From the IMG/VR virus record IMGVR_UViG_3300035424_000203: DNA of 64,000 nt. One strand, given 5' to 3'. Shown here piece by piece: positions 10,806 through 20,147 of this stretch. Origin of the DNA: an uncultured virus (IMG/VR IMGVR_UViG_3300035424_000203). Taxonomy: Duplodnaviria > Heunggongvirae > Uroviricota > Caudoviricetes. Each line of letters begins with the position of its first letter. The stretch's first letter is position 1. The position numbers were made by a program, and so were the translations under genes. The notes under the pieces were generated by a model. It was not told the DNA's origin and ran no database searches. It saw only the letters and a list, made by a program, of their open reading frames with translations.

Positions 10806-12083
10806 CTATGAAGTTTTCCGGCCTGCTGCCTGTTCAAAGAGATCAACGGAACGTGCCGCCATGACTTCCGTATCATGTACATAGGTCTGCAAGGTGGTCT
10901 GGATGTTGGAGTGGCCCAGCCGGGCCTGTACGTCCTTCACGTCAGCGCCGGATTCGATCAGTACCGTGGCGTGGGTGTGCCGCAGGGAGTGGTAATCAAA
11001 GGCAAGCAGCAGTTCCTTGTGGATCACCCGGGCACAATACTTGAAAGAATCCGTGGAAGTGTATTCCCCGTTTTCCGCTATGCAGACCATACGGACACGA
11101 GGCAAGGCCGATTCAACGCACTTTTGGATAGGAACAATGCGCTGCATATCATTCCCTTTTTCGTCAACCTCTTTTTTCAGGACGTGGATTGTATAATATT
11201 CACTGTATTTCAGTTCGTTTTTCAGCTGGGCGGTGCGCTCTTGTTTTAATGCCTGATAGAGGGTATCGCCAAACTTTACGGTGCGCATGGAAGACGCTGT
11301 TTTGGTTGTGGTGAAGTACCATGAGGAACGCATTTCCTTTTTCCCGGTCTTTTCCACGGCCTTGCGGACATCAGCCCCGAAGTTCCGCTTCACAATCTGC
11401 TTGTTGACGGTCAAGGTCTTGTTTTCAAGGTCTATGTCATCCCATGTCAGGGCAAAGGCTTCGCTGATCCGCAGGCCCGTATAAAATCCGATCATCAGGG
11501 GGATGTGGTAACGGGAACCAGCCGGGAACTTGTCAATGATCTGCTGCCATTCTTCCAGCGTCAGGATGATCCTTTCACGGGGCTTCTTCTCCACTTTGGG
11601 ATATTTTACATAGCGCATAGGGTTAGCCGGAAGATAGTGGAGCGGTTCAACGGCATAGTCCAGCGCCGCACCGAACACGGAGAGGATCCCGGTTATAGAG
11701 TGCTTTGCCAGCCCGTCCATTTTCAGCTTGTTGGCGTATTCCTGTAATGTGGCAGCAGTGACGGCCTTTAAGCGGTACTGGCCGAACCGGGGCTTCAAAT
11801 GCCCTTCCATGATCCGCAGATAGCCCACTTGTGTATTGTATTTCAGGTTCGGCTTGCAGTACAGATCATACCACTGATCCAGATAGTCCGATACTGTGAC
11901 GTTGGAAGGTTCAAACAGCTGCCCCGCATTATTGTATTCATTGATTGCTTTGGCAAGTGCCGCTTCCGCTTCCTTTTTGGTCTTAAAGCCGCCTTTTTCC
12001 TTCTTCTGGCGTTTGCCGTTAATTGTACCGAGGTCAAAATAATAAGACCATGTTGCACCACGTTTTCTTGTTCCACCTGTCAT
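10806..12083 (-). CDS. int: Tyrosine integrase with Arm-binding N-terminal domain
   Basis: GGFKTKKEA, TGLRISE, HSLRHT, RLGHS and TLQTYVH. Confidence 0.95.
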   Translation of the reverse strand: MTGGTRKRGATWSYYFDLGTINGKRQKKEKGGFKTKKEAEAALAKAINEYNNAGQLFEPSNVTVSDYLDQWYDLYCKPNLKYNTQVGYLRIMEGHLKPRFGQYRLKAVTAATLQEYANKLKMDGLAKHSITGILSVFGAALDYAVEPLHYLPANPMRYVKYPKVEKKPRERIILTLEEWQQIIDKFPAGSRYHIPLMIGFYTGLRISEAFALTWDDIDLENKTLTVNKQIVKRNFGADVRKAVEKTGKKEMRSSWYFTTTKTASSMRTVKFGDTLYQALKQERTAQLKNELKYSEYYTIHVLKKEVDEKGNDMQRIVPIQKCVESALPRVRMVCIAENGEYTSTDSFKYCARVIHKELLLAFDYHSLRHTHATVLIESGADVKDVQARLGHSNIQTTLQTYVHDTEVMAARSVDLFEQAAGRKTS

Positions 12084-12142
12084 AATTTACACCATTCCTT
12101 TCCATTCTGGCCGTGCGGCGGCTGTGGAAGGAAAAGGGCAAG

Positions 12143-12583
12143 CTATTGATCATGCTTTTCATCATGCAGATAGTTAAAAATTCGTAAATAAATATTCTCT
12201 TTGGTAGTACTTTCTAAAAGATTCATTTCAGCAGAACTTATATATATTTTCTGCCCGGATTCCTTTATGGTGATTTCCCACTTATCATCATAAGGACTTT
12301 CATTTATTTCATATCCCAGCAGTTCGAGATAGTCAAAAAAATGTGTTGTTTTCTTTAGTTCTTCATCCCAACCCATAAGGTAAGATGGGGATACCTGAAA
12401 ATGATTTGCTATTTGTTTGATCATATCAGGTGTAGGTGTCCGCTTTCCGTTTTCCCAATTAAAGACTGCATTTTGTGAAACATTTAATTTTTCAGCAAGT
12501 TGCCGTTGTTTTAAATTATGGTCTATTCGTAATTGCCTTAATTTGTGTGCTAAATCTGACATTGCAATACACCCCCTTACCAA
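12143..12583 (-). CDS. XRE/CI-like HTH repressor
   Basis: LRQLRIDHNLKQRQLAEKLNVSQNAVFNWENG...YLMGW; the likely start is MSDLAHK. Confidence 0.9.
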   Translation of the reverse strand: MVRGCIAMSDLAHKLRQLRIDHNLKQRQLAEKLNVSQNAVFNWENGKRTPTPDMIKQIANHFQVSPSYLMGWDEELKKTTHFFDYLELLGYEINESPYDDKWEITIKESGQKIYISSAEMNLLESTTKENIYLRIFNYLHDEKHDQ

Positions 12584-12589
12584 AGAATG

Positions 12590-12678
12590 ATAGCAAATTG
12601 GTGTATAGAAAGCAATTTGTTATTGACAAATATAGCATAATGGTGTTAAAATGTCAAGTACAAACACCATTATGCTAT
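12590..12678. promoter_or_regulatory. Divergent promoter/operator switch
   Basis: TTGACA at 12623 and TGtTAAAAT at 12644. Perfect 16-bp inverted repeat atagcataatggtgtt (12632-12647) / aacaccattatgctat (12663-12678), with a variant at 12590. Confidence 0.75.
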
Positions 12679-12699
12679 TAAAGAAAGGTAGGTAAAAGT

Positions 12700-12897
12700 A
12701 TGAGAATAAGCAGGGATAAAATCAATATTTGCATGGCCAGAAAGAAAATGACTGTTCAGGCTCTTGCAAATGCTTACGGTGTGAGCCGGACAAGGATCAA
12801 TGTTTTACTAAATCAAAGAGAAGTGTCAACGGTATCGGCTGGAAGAATGGCTTCTGCACTTGGTGTGGATGTAACTGAAATTTTGGAAACCAATTAA
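12700..12897 (+). CDS. Cro-like HTH protein
   Basis: 65-aa HTH divergent from the repressor, ending ALGVDVTEILE. Confidence 0.85.
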   Translation: MRISRDKINICMARKKMTVQALANAYGVSRTRINVLLNQREVSTVSAGRMASALGVDVTEILETN

Positions 12898-12932
12898 ACA
12901 GCGGTGCGGCGGCTGTGGAAGGAAAAGGGAGT

Positions 12933-13074
12933 ATGGAAGATATTCTAACAAAAAATTATTGAGATCCAAAAGCTACAGTCAGAAATTGACCATAGAACCA
13001 GAATAGAACAGGAAGCGCTGATCTGCCAGTGTAGGTTTAGTGAAGCGGTGGAACTTCTGGCTACATTAGATTAG
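12933..13074 (+). pseudogene. Small gene frameshifted in an A6 run
   Basis: Removing one A from 12950-12955 gives the ORF MEDILTKIIEIQKLQSE...LLATLD*, which has an RBS. Confidence 0.55.
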
Positions 13075-13094
13075 AAAGAAGGTGGCGCAAAAAA

Positions 13095-14984
13095 ATGAAT
13101 GATTTATATAAAGGCTACATAAAAACCAAAAACAAACAGGCAGCCGAAAAGTTCAAGGACAGGACGGACTTCAAGACGCTGGAACAGGTGCAGTCACTCC
13201 CGGAGTATGCCGGGATCCTTGCAAAAAATACCATGTTCATAGACATTGACGATCCTGAACAGTCTGAAATACTGATGGATATTGTGGAAGAATTTCAGCT
13301 GAATTGCCGGGTGATCTGTACCCGCCGGGGGAAGCATTTCATTTTCAGGAACACGCAGCTTCACCAGTGCAAGACACATACACGCCTTGCCATAGGTCTG
13401 ACTGCTGATATTAAGGTGGGTTATGTTGCGTCTTATGAAGTCCTGAAAACGGATGGAGAAGAACGTTTTTGTGAATGGGATGTTGAGCCGGGCGTGGAAT
13501 ATCAGGAAGTTCCTAAGTGGCTTTTGCCCGTGGGGAAGATCAAGGCTGAATTTCTGGATATGGCGGCGGGTGACGGACGGAATCAGGAATTGTTTAATTA
13601 TATCTTACGCTTGCAGAGCAACGACTACAGCGTAGAGGAAACACGGGAAGCGATCCGCATTATTAACAGGTTCGTCCTGAAGGATCCGCTTTCCGATCAG
13701 GAGATAGAAACCATTTTGAGGGATGACGCTTTCAAAAAGCCTGTGTTTTTCAACGGTTCCACATTTCTATTCAACAAGTTTGCTGATTATATCAGGAATA
13801 CAGACCATATTATAAAAATCAGCGGAAAGCTACACATTTACCGGGAAGGAATTTATATTTCTGACACTGCTGCTATTTTTAAAGTAATGCGGTCATATAT
13901 ACCAGCTATCAGGAAAAACCAGAAAGCGGAAGTAATGGACTGTCTGAATGACAATGCAGAAGAAAAACAGCCGGCTGATGCCCGTTATGTTGCTTTCAAG
14001 AACGGTATATATGACGTGGTAACGGACACCATGCAGGACTTTTCACCGAACATAGTAATGACAAACAAGATCCCGTGGGATTACAATTCAGCGGCGTTCA
14101 GTGAACTGGCTGACCATACGCTGAACAGGCTGGCGTGTGACGATCCTGCGATCCGTTCCCTGCTTGAAGAATGTATTGGCTACTGCTTCTATAGATCGAA
14201 TGCGTATAAAAGTTCATTCATGTTAACAGGAGATAAGGACAACGGAAAAAGCACATTCCTTGATCTGGTCAAGGCTGTTTTGGGTGAGGATAATATATCA
14301 GCACTGGACGCTAAAGAACTGGGGGATCGCTTCACCACTTCAATGATGTTCGGGAAGCTGGCGAACATCGGTGACGATATATCGGATGACTTCATGCAGG
14401 GATCGCAGGTCAGCATTTTCAAAAAGATAGTGACCGGGAACCGTATCAAGGCAGAAAGGAAAGGTCAGGATCCGTTTGAGTTCAATCCGTATATAAAGCT
14501 GCTGTTTTCTGCTAATGACATACCACGGATGAAGGATAAGACCGGGGCTGTGTTGCGCCGTCTGGTCATTATCCCCTTCAATGCGCACTTTACCAGTGAT
14601 CTGCCAGATTATGATCCAGAGATAAAAAAGAAGCTGCTTCAAAGTGAATGTATGGAATATCTGATCAAGCTGGGAATTGAGGGGCTGAAACGCATCACAG
14701 AGAACAAAGGCTTTACAAGGTCAGAAGCAACGGAACAGGCGGCCCATGAATATGACCTTATGAATGATCCTATTAAGGCATTCTTTTCAGAGCGTGACGA
14801 AGGTTATCTTTTCCGGGAAACGGTAACGGATGTTTATGCCGCTTACAAAGTATATTGTAATGAATCCGGGATCAATCCTGAAACAAAAATCATGTTTGGT
14901 AAATCTGTAGCAGATATGTTTGGAGTGGAAACCTACCCTACACGCGTAGGCGGGCAGCAGGTCAGGCGGTATAGAAAAAAGTAG
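13095..14984 (+). CDS. P4-family primase-helicase (prim-pol plus D5-like SF3 helicase)
   Basis: FIDIDD and RRGKHFIF in the N-terminus; GDKDNGKST, NIGDD and LFSAN in the helicase domain. Confidence 0.9.
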   Translation: MNDLYKGYIKTKNKQAAEKFKDRTDFKTLEQVQSLPEYAGILAKNTMFIDIDDPEQSEILMDIVEEFQLNCRVICTRRGKHFIFRNTQLHQCKTHTRLAIGLTADIKVGYVASYEVLKTDGEERFCEWDVEPGVEYQEVPKWLLPVGKIKAEFLDMAAGDGRNQELFNYILRLQSNDYSVEETREAIRIINRFVLKDPLSDQEIETILRDDAFKKPVFFNGSTFLFNKFADYIRNTDHIIKISGKLHIYREGIYISDTAAIFKVMRSYIPAIRKNQKAEVMDCLNDNAEEKQPADARYVAFKNGIYDVVTDTMQDFSPNIVMTNKIPWDYNSAAFSELADHTLNRLACDDPAIRSLLEECIGYCFYRSNAYKSSFMLTGDKDNGKSTFLDLVKAVLGEDNISALDAKELGDRFTTSMMFGKLANIGDDISDDFMQGSQVSIFKKIVTGNRIKAERKGQDPFEFNPYIKLLFSANDIPRMKDKTGAVLRRLVIIPFNAHFTSDLPDYDPEIKKKLLQSECMEYLIKLGIEGLKRITENKGFTRSEATEQAAHEYDLMNDPIKAFFSERDEGYLFRETVTDVYAAYKVYCNESGINPETKIMFGKSVADMFGVETYPTRVGGQQVRRYRKK

Positions 14985-15180
14985 CTTCTGTAGCCTTTTA
15001 CAGCTTATGTGTAGCTTGAAAAGATACTGTAAAATCAATAAAAAATGCAATCAGCTACGGAAGCTACATATATGTATAATTCCTTTAATATTATTATATT
15101 TTTATATTATTTTCTCTATCAGTATATCTATATTATATAAAAATAATAAGAAATAGGGTTTTTCTGTAGCTTGTAGCTGG
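14981..15180. repeat. Putative replication origin with gtagc(t) iterons
   Basis: About 7 copies of gtagc/gctac in both orientations around an AT-rich core, immediately after the primase gene. Confidence 0.65.
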
Positions 15181-15203
15181 TGACATAGAAGGGAGATAAA
15201 AAA

Positions 15204-15599
15204 GTGATTGAGAAAGGTTTTGTTGCTCATGCTGGTGGGCGGTATTTCAGGGCAAAGGAAGATGCAGTAATATGGGCTACTGTAATTGACAGCCCTACAT
15301 TTGATCTGCTGTTCAGGGAATGTGTGGTCATAGGGGCAGAACTTGTTGATGCGCCTGTAGTAGAAGGTATGATATATGTACTACGTCAGAACTTTGGCCG
15401 GTACTTGATCGTCATTATTGATCATGATTATGACAATGAGGAAAATGATCTTGCTTTGGCCGTATGGGTAGCGGAAGCAGAGGAAATAACAGTGGAAGAA
15501 ACGAATGCGCATACAGTGAAGAAAACATTTCAAAGGGTGGGTATTTGTTTAAGTGAACGTTCGGAAAGCGAACGTTCAGGAAGCGAACGCGAACACTGA
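15204..15599 (+). CDS. Hypothetical protein
   Basis: RBS gggag, GTG start. Confidence 0.55.
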   Translation: MIEKGFVAHAGGRYFRAKEDAVIWATVIDSPTFDLLFRECVVIGAELVDAPVVEGMIYVLRQNFGRYLIVIIDHDYDNEENDLALAVWVAEAEEITVEETNAHTVKKTFQRVGICLSERSESERSGSEREH

Positions 15600-15797
15600 A
15601 AGCGAACGTTCGGAAGGTGGGGAAGAACGCCGTATTTACTGGAAAGCGGCGGCTTCCCTGCTTTTTTATTGCGGTACTCCAATGTTGAAAAATACTGAAA
15701 TGAATACAGGAAAATGCTGACATGTGGCCAGAGGACGGCGGGGCTGGTAGCAGGACACGCCACAAGCCCCATATAGCTGCTTTCAATCCTGCTGCCA

Positions 15798-16001
15798 TTA
15801 TGCTGATTTTTCAAACGAATCCGCAAGCTGTTCAATCTGGTGCAGGTACTCAATCCCCACACGGATCGCCGCCCCTATTGACGGATGCAGTTCAGCCGCT
15901 TCCTGTGTCTGGTCTGCCATGGCCAAAATGTTCTTTGCGTCAGCCGCCATTACTGAAATAGTTGTTAAAATAGTGTCTGCTTTTCTTTCCTGTCCACTCA
16001 T
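15798..16001 (-). CDS. Hypothetical protein
   Basis: Overlaps the stop of the upstream minus-strand gene (ATGA coupling). Confidence 0.6.
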   Translation of the reverse strand: MSGQERKADTILTTISVMAADAKNILAMADQTQEAAELHPSIGAAIRVGIEYLHQIEQLADSFEKSA

Positions 16002-16501
16002 GCCCTGTTACCTGTTCCTTTCTTCCTGATCACTGTCCTGAACCGCTCTGTATGCTCCTGCGGCCTGTATTCCTCAACTGCTGCCACCATAACCACCGCA
16101 ACGCCCTTTTGGGTGTATGCCAGCACCGCATCCCCGGCAGATACCCGGTCAATGAGGTTCTCCGGCAGTTCCCATGTGTACAGCTTGCCGCCCTCTCTAT
16201 GGCTTGCCCTTATAATCTGCCTTTTTCCATATCTGGCAGGAACCAGCCGGATGCCCTGCTGCCTTGCCAAAAGATAACTTGTATAGCCGTCTATCAGATT
16301 GTTTTCACCGTCAAGGATAATATGGGATTGCAGATCCCCTTTCTCTGCAAAATACCGGGCCTTGCTCTGCATCTTATCCGCTCCGGGTGGATGCTCTGCA
16401 AAGCAGGGGAAAATCTTAATGTCATCCGTGGGAATGGTGAACGCTTCCCCGGATCCCTTCATGGACTGCTGCCATGTCTTACCTGAATATTCTGGAATCA
16501 T
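15998..16501 (-). CDS. Hypothetical protein, possibly ParB-N-like
   Basis: IILDGENNLIDGYTSYL resembles ParB/Srx motifs; RBS present. Confidence 0.6.
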   Translation of the reverse strand: MIPEYSGKTWQQSMKGSGEAFTIPTDDIKIFPCFAEHPPGADKMQSKARYFAEKGDLQSHIILDGENNLIDGYTSYLLARQQGIRLVPARYGKRQIIRASHREGGKLYTWELPENLIDRVSAGDAVLAYTQKGVAVVMVAAVEEYRPQEHTERFRTVIRKKGTGNRA

Positions 16502-16620
16502 TGTCTACCTCTCTTTACATGGGGCAGCAGGCGTGTTATACTTCCTGCATACCCCAATTTGACGATTGCCGGGTTACTTGCCCCTATCAGAGTTAGCGGC
16601 TCTGGTAAGGGCATTTTCTA

Positions 16621-16896
16621 TTATGCTATCGTGAATCTCCTGCTGCTGGTCTGTCTGCAATACTGGCTGTAGATTTCCGGCAGCGCCGCCTTTAACGCCT
16701 TGCCGTCCAGCCTGCTGCTTACGATCTCTTTCCAGCGGATCAGGAAGTTCTTTGTTTTCAGTTCGTCAAGGCCCTTTTCTTCAAGGTCGGCTTTCAGTTC
16801 GCCTTTGATAGCGTCAGCCTGTTCCTGAAGCTGTGCAATCTGCTCTTCCAGTGCGGACAATTTCTTGATGCGGTTCTCAATCATTCTCTCTGTCAT
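16621..16896 (-). CDS. Small coiled-coil phage-type protein, similar to 27939..28220
   Basis: RBS aaggag; N-terminal coiled coil, then SRLDGKALKAALPEIY. Confidence 0.75.
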   Translation of the reverse strand: MTERMIENRIKKLSALEEQIAQLQEQADAIKGELKADLEEKGLDELKTKNFLIRWKEIVSSRLDGKALKAALPEIYSQYCRQTSSRRFTIA

Positions 16897-17059
16897 GGTC
16901 TTAATCTCCTTTCGATTTCAAGAGGTTTCCAGCCCCGAAAGAATCTTCCTGACTATTGGTATCGCTCTGCTGCTCACTCACAGGTATATGGCTTTCGGTA
17001 TCGGGTGCTTTCGGCTTTCCCGGCTGTTCTGTATCTCTTGTTTATGATATTATTATAAT

Positions 17060-17152
17060 ATATGTGTGCCCATATGTCTATTGACGCATTTCACAAATAT
17101 ATGGGCACACATATCAGCGTTTTTTGTTTATTGTGTATATGGACACACATAT
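17060..17152. promoter_or_regulatory. Operator array (three ATATGGGCACACATAT-type sites)
   Basis: 17060-17075 and 17099-17114 form a perfect inverted pair; a 1-mismatch copy lies at 17137-17152. Confidence 0.75.
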
Positions 17153-17248
17153 TTACAAGTGCTATAATATCAGTGTAAGGTGGAAAAGGAACTTGGTTTT
17201 TTTTTTTTTTTTTCGCCGCCCCATTACCCAAAGAAAGAAGGTGAGACT

Positions 17249-17473
17249 ATGCCAGAAGAAAAGAAAAGTACATACACAGGCCAAACGGACGCAAGGCGAA
17301 AAGCCAGCGCAAAATACCTGAAAGAATCCGTTGAAGATATACGGATCCGTGTTCCCAAAGGTGACAAGGCCAAAGTTCAGGAACACGCCGCCAGCATGGG
17401 GGAAAGTACTAACGCTTTCGTTGTCCGGGCAATCAATGAGACTATGGAACGTGACACAAAAGGGAAAAGCTGA
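17249..17473 (+). CDS. Ribbon-helix-helix (Arc-like) regulator
   Basis: EDIRIRVPKGDKAKVQEHAASMGESTNAFVVRAI. Confidence 0.8.
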   Translation: MPEEKKSTYTGQTDARRKASAKYLKESVEDIRIRVPKGDKAKVQEHAASMGESTNAFVVRAINETMERDTKGKS

Positions 17474-17700
17474 CCGCCCAGCCCATGAAGCACCACACTA
17501 AAAGACTGCTGCCATCATATCCCCAGCATGGCAGCAGTCTTTTCTTTGCGCCCTGCCGCCCCATATACGCAACAAAACCATTCAGAGGGTTATTTATAGG
17601 GCAGCAGGATTGAAAGCACCGTCATATAGGCGGTGCTTTCCGTTTCCCTTGTGTTATATCCAATGATAGGCTAAAATAGGCTATATGAGGCTTATATGAG

Positions 17701-17943
17701 TTGTCAGAGGGGAGAAACGGGGGGCTGCTGGAAGTGTCAAATAACTGGTGCAAAAATAATGGATCTGATGCTGTCTGGTGGAAAGATACGCCTGATAGCG
17801 TAGGTGAATGGATGTTCAGTTTTGATAAAAAGCAGGAATTTAACCTTTTTGCAGATTATCCCCATAACCTGACTGCTGAACAGGTGCAGATTTTTGACAA
17901 AGAAAATCCTGAATGGGCTGATTTTTTCAAAGACAGGAAGTGA
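17701..17943 (+). CDS. Small Trp-rich phage-type hypothetical protein
   Basis: WMFSFDKKQEFNLFADYPHNLT...ENPEWADFF; the start may be further downstream. Confidence 0.65.
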   Translation: MSEGRNGGLLEVSNNWCKNNGSDAVWWKDTPDSVGEWMFSFDKKQEFNLFADYPHNLTAEQVQIFDKENPEWADFFKDRK

Positions 17944-17947
17944 GTGA

Positions 17948-18127
17948 ATGGGCGATAAGCTGTTACAGGCGTTAGATTTATATGAGAAAGCCTTTGATGA
18001 TTTTTTCCCGACTGTTCCCATGAGTGGACACACGGAAGAAGAAATAATTGACATGGTTGGTAAATGTGTTTCTGAAAAGAAAGATGTTTATGACATGGGT
18101 TATCTGGATCTGGAAAAGGTTTATTGA
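17948..18127 (+). CDS. Hypothetical 59-aa acidic protein (not in the ORF track)
   Basis: MGDKLLQALDLYEKAFDDFFPT...LEKVY*, packed between its neighbours. Confidence 0.6.
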   Translation: MGDKLLQALDLYEKAFDDFFPTVPMSGHTEEEIIDMVGKCVSEKKDVYDMGYLDLEKVY

Positions 18128-18136
18128 AGGGGTGAA

Positions 18137-18337
18137 GTGATGCGGATGTATATACCTGAATCTGAATTGAACAACGCTGATAATATGCAGCGGATCATGG
18201 ATATATTGGATGAAGTGCCGGATACAGACTTGCATTTTCTGGGCATGGTGACGCTTGATGATGCGGTACAGGCGATCCGGGAACTGGGGGAAGATAAAAT
18301 TGCGGATCTGCTTTGTGGCGGTGGTGCTGGTTCCTGA
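18137..18337 (+). CDS. Hypothetical protein
   Basis: RBS ggggtg, acidic 66 aa. Confidence 0.55.
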   Translation: MMRMYIPESELNNADNMQRIMDILDEVPDTDLHFLGMVTLDDAVQAIRELGEDKIADLLCGGGAGS

Positions 18338-18484
18338 TATGGTGGCATTTGCCACCCATTTGCCACCGTGCCACCGTACTTCATGGGATTCTATGGGCGG
18401 TAAACTGCTGAACTTCTTGAAAAATGTTCAGTTTTAGGGGCTTGTGGGAGCGCATGGGGCGTTAAAGGATAAGGCTATATATAA

Positions 18485-18498
18485 ACGGCGAATGTGGA
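18485..18498 (+). repeat. attR core of the small element and left junction of the large element
   Basis: acggcgaatgtgga. Confidence 0.85.
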
Positions 18499-18805
18499 GA
18501 CGTGCGTCTTATTAACCCATAAAAAACCTACATCATTTATTGAGGTTACAATGGACTATGAAAAGATTGTACCTAACCAAAAGCCAGGAAAAGCCACATA
18601 TAAGATGATAACGGACTATGTAAAAGAAAAATATGATCTTGTAGTGAAAAGCACAACAATAGCAGAAGTCAAACGCTCATTTGGTCTTGAAGTCGGAGAT
18701 TATAATATAAAGGATGAAAAAACAAATTATCGGAAAGAAAAAATCACACCAGATAAACGGAAAGCGGTTGAAGATGCACTAAGACATTTCGGAGTGATTG
18801 AATAA
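18494..18805 (+). pseudogene. Displaced RlmD 3' end with a mobile-element-type C-terminal extension
   Basis: Begins (N)VETCVLL, in register with rlmD ...ANVETICCL. KATYKMITDYVKEKY...ALRHFGVI resembles the extension seen on rlmD copies that carry integrated elements. Confidence 0.75.
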
Positions 18806-18928
18806 TTTGAGTATTTGCATAGGCACATATGCTGATAAAAAGTATGTGTGTCTATTTTTATGTTCAAATTTATCACTAATTGAAAAGCTCATTTCATTGG
18901 CAAATGGCAGAAAGGAGAATCAAAACCA

Positions 18929-19378
18929 ATGGCGAGAGTAAAAGCATTGTCAGCTTATAAAATGGCAAAACGTATATACAACAGGGAAGATAATGTTTAT
19001 GACAAGAAAGTAATTACAAAGCAATTGATTACAAACATTTTGCTTATGTATATGGACGAATGCCGGAAAGCATTAGCCGAAGGAGAGAGGATAGAAATAT
19101 CAAAAGTCGGTTCAATCATACCAGAAGTAAAAGTCCACGAAGGAAACTTTAATCTTCCCATGTGCAATAAAGACGGCGGCAATCCACCATATACAAAACT
19201 AAAGATAACACGGAATAATCTTTTAAATGAGACTATGAATAAGAATTTGCTTGGCAATATTGAAAACGGTATCTATGGACTGGATAAATTACCATTCAGC
19301 AAACAGCAAATGGATATTCTAAAGAAAAATGGATATATACCAGTAGATGCAGAAATTAAAAACGGAGATGATGAATAA
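18929..19378 (+). CDS. HU/IHF-like DNA-binding protein (divergent)
   Basis: ALAEGERIEISKVGSI matches the HU beta-arm pattern. Confidence 0.6.
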   Translation: MARVKALSAYKMAKRIYNREDNVYDKKVITKQLITNILLMYMDECRKALAEGERIEISKVGSIIPEVKVHEGNFNLPMCNKDGGNPPYTKLKITRNNLLNETMNKNLLGNIENGIYGLDKLPFSKQQMDILKKNGYIPVDAEIKNGDDE

Positions 19379-19818
19379 TGGCAAAGCATATTAAAAATAT
19401 GAAAGAACTTAATAAGGCATTACAGCCCGTAATGATGGGTATGGTAGACAAAATGGCAGAGAGAGTAGAGCAGACTTTGAATTACTTTCTGCAAAAATAC
19501 TACGACAGTTATGATCCGGTATATTACCGCCGTACATACGATTTCCTTCATTCCGCTATAAAAACAGAAGCTAAAGTAATAGGCAATAAGGTAGTTGCGT
19601 CTGTATATATCGATACGGATTCAATGGATAATTATTATGAAGCTACGGGTGAGGAAGTCGCTGCCTGGGCGAACCAGGGAACGCATGGAGGCACGATCCA
19701 GGGAAATAATACACCCCATGTTTGGGATGATACCATGCGTGAAACGATAGAAAACGGCGAACTATTGAAATTGGCAATGGATTATTTAAAGAGCAAAGGA
19801 TTTTCAGTAAGAAATTAG
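19378..19818 (+). CDS. HK97 gp10-like tail-completion/neck-type protein
   Basis: YYDSYDPVYYRRTYDFLHS...GTHGG pattern recalled from SPbeta-like tail regions. Confidence 0.5.
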   Translation: MAKHIKNMKELNKALQPVMMGMVDKMAERVEQTLNYFLQKYYDSYDPVYYRRTYDFLHSAIKTEAKVIGNKVVASVYIDTDSMDNYYEATGEEVAAWANQGTHGGTIQGNNTPHVWDDTMRETIENGELLKLAMDYLKSKGFSVRN

Positions 19819-19838
19819 AAAAAGGAAGGAGAATTACA

Positions 19839-20147
19839 ATGTTAGTATTGAAGAAAGAATTTATAGATCGGATGGCAGAAACGGGCGGTATTACAAAGAA
19901 GGCAGCAAAAGAAGGGCTTGAATTGTTTATTGAAACGCTTATGGATTGCATGGATGGGGATGAGAAAGTAATGATAAAAGGGTTTGGCAGGTTTGAAATG
20001 AGAACTGTCAAGGAGAGAAAAGGAAGAATGCCGCTAGGCGGTGAGGACTGTATTGTGCCGGAGCATAGGAAAATGAAGTTTTTTGTCAGCAGAGAAGTGG
20101 CTAAAAGAATGAGAACGGGTATGGAGGATTATTACATAGATGAATAA
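19839..20147 (+). CDS. HU-family DNA-binding protein
   Basis: KKEFIDRMAE...GDEKVMIKGFGRFE...GRMP...VPEHRKMKF. Confidence 0.9.
   Translation: MLVLKKEFIDRMAETGGITKKAAKEGLELFIETLMDCMDGDEKVMIKGFGRFEMRTVKERKGRMPLGGEDCIVPEHRKMKFFVSREVAKRMRTGMEDYYIDE

Larger units (their letters stand above)
10623..18498. mobile_element. Integrated satellite-like (PICI-like) element in the rlmD 3' end
   Basis: Direct repeat acggcgaatgtgga at 10623-10636 and 18485-18498. Gene order integrase, repressor, Cro-like, primase; no structural or conjugation genes. Confidence 0.85.

Noticed and set aside
16555..16620. Possible second ribozyme
   Set aside because: A hairpin is present, but I could not find hammerhead or twister core nucleotides.
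17180..17248. Poly-Phe N-terminus of the RHH ORF
   Set aside because: A product of the T17 tract; a better start with an RBS lies at 17249.
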